A stretch of 64,000 bases of DNA. Origin: Kofleriaceae bacterium. Its GTDB lineage: Bacteria; Myxococcota_A; Polyangia; Haliangiales; Haliangiaceae. How positions within the stretch are numbered: position 1 is the first letter of the stretch; the number at the start of each line of letters is the position of its first letter. The notes below the pieces were generated by a model. It was not told where the DNA came from, searched no databases, and was given only the letters and a program-made list of their open reading frames with translations. The DNA lies in NCBI GenBank assembly GCA_965215005.1, contig CBDCCZ010000003.1, forward strand, positions 256,001 through 320,000, in the 5' to 3' direction. The position numbers and the translations under genes are program-made. Positions 63,101-64,000 of this stretch are shown here, in pieces.

Positions 63101-64000
63101 GCCACGGCTCCCAACTACGGCGAGGTGACGAGTTTCGTCATTCCGCAGATCAATGGCGCCAAGCGCAAAGACTTCGTGCTGCCCGCGGGACTTCTCACCG
63201 TCGATCCAGCCGAAGTATTCGCTCGCGTCACGGTCGGCGAGTCTTCGCAAGAGCAGCTTGCGCTCATCAACAGTGGTGGTGCTCCGGCAAGCTTCCAGAT
63301 CATCGAGCTCGATGCGCCACCGATGGCGCGCCCGTTCGGGCCGTTTGGTGAGACGGGTCGGCGCAGCAGTCCCAAGCGCCTGCACGAGATGGACGCGAGC
63401 AACGTCCGCATCCCGTTCGTGCCGCCGCAAGTGCCGGTGCTGGCTGCCGGTAACGTAGCGCGTAGCTTTGCGACCGGGTTGCCCGGCGGCTGGGGCATCG
63501 GCTACGACCTCAATCAAGACAAGCTGTGGATCGGCAACTTGGTCGGTCTCGGTGGCGACGATCAACTCTATGGGTTCTTGCCAGATGGCACGCCCACGGG
63601 TGAGGTCATCGACACCACCTCCTACGGCAACGTGTTTGCTGCCGATATCGCCTACGACATCCGCGAAGGCCTGCTCTGGCAGGTCAACGTTGGCGGCGAC
63701 AACTGCATCCACGCTGTCGATCCGGTGGCGCAAGCGGTCACCGGCCGCACCATCTGCCCGGCATTCGGTACCTCGCAGCGCGGCCTGGCCTACGATCCGG
63801 TGACCGACACCTTCTACACCGGCTCGTGGAACGACGGCTCGCTGGTGCAGTTTGACAAGAGCGGCACCATCCTGCGGTCGATGAACGTCGGCCTCGACGT
63901 CGCCGGCTTGGCGTACAACCCCACCAGCGGCCATCTGTTCGTGCTCACCAACAGTGCGCCGCCGCAGCTCGACGTCTACGTCGTCGACACCGCCACCGAC
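60145..64000 (+). CDS. Large secreted/lipoprotein with carboxypeptidase-regulatory-like domains and a beta-propeller-like region; 5' end frameshifted, runs off right edge
   Basis: AAGGAG RBS; ITG-C lipobox after removing one G at 60217-60219; long open frame with PPDTVGDVGPNHYVQWIN, RWGDYS, GTVVDQDGAPIAGA, WQVDDV and GLAYDP motifs. Confidence 0.8.

Noticed and set aside
62546..63934. Long antisense ORFs (this one and e.g. 20520-21620, 14882-16117)
   Set aside because: Shadow frames of real genes on the opposite strand, with no recognisable motifs.

Overview
GC-rich chromosomal window with a typical myxobacterial gene complement (inference: Myxococcota, possibly Haliangiales/Kofleriaceae-like). 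It carries four Hanks-type Ser/Thr kinase genes (one probably a pseudokinase), three FHA-sigma54 activators, a lid-less Hsp70 with a J-domain partner, icmF, pepN, map and other housekeeping genes. A ~16 kb Pfa-like iterative type I PKS cluster (43250-59330) adds a free ACP, two alpha/beta hydrolases, a glycosyltransferase and a methyltransferase. Most interesting observations: (1) a helix-turn-helix/photoactive yellow protein fusion transcribed divergently from a small repeat protein, a candidate one-component light-responsive regulator; (2) two copies of an unannotated palindromic MITE-like element with TTA/TAA target duplications sitting on stop codons; (3) three stress-type genes each preceded by a sigma54 -24/-12 motif 14-15 nt before the ATG; (4) the PKS/glycolipid cluster. 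From about 56360 to 60400 many +1 indels break genes and look like sequencing error. No rRNA, tRNA or CRISPR array was seen. All calls are by eye from motifs; no searches were run.
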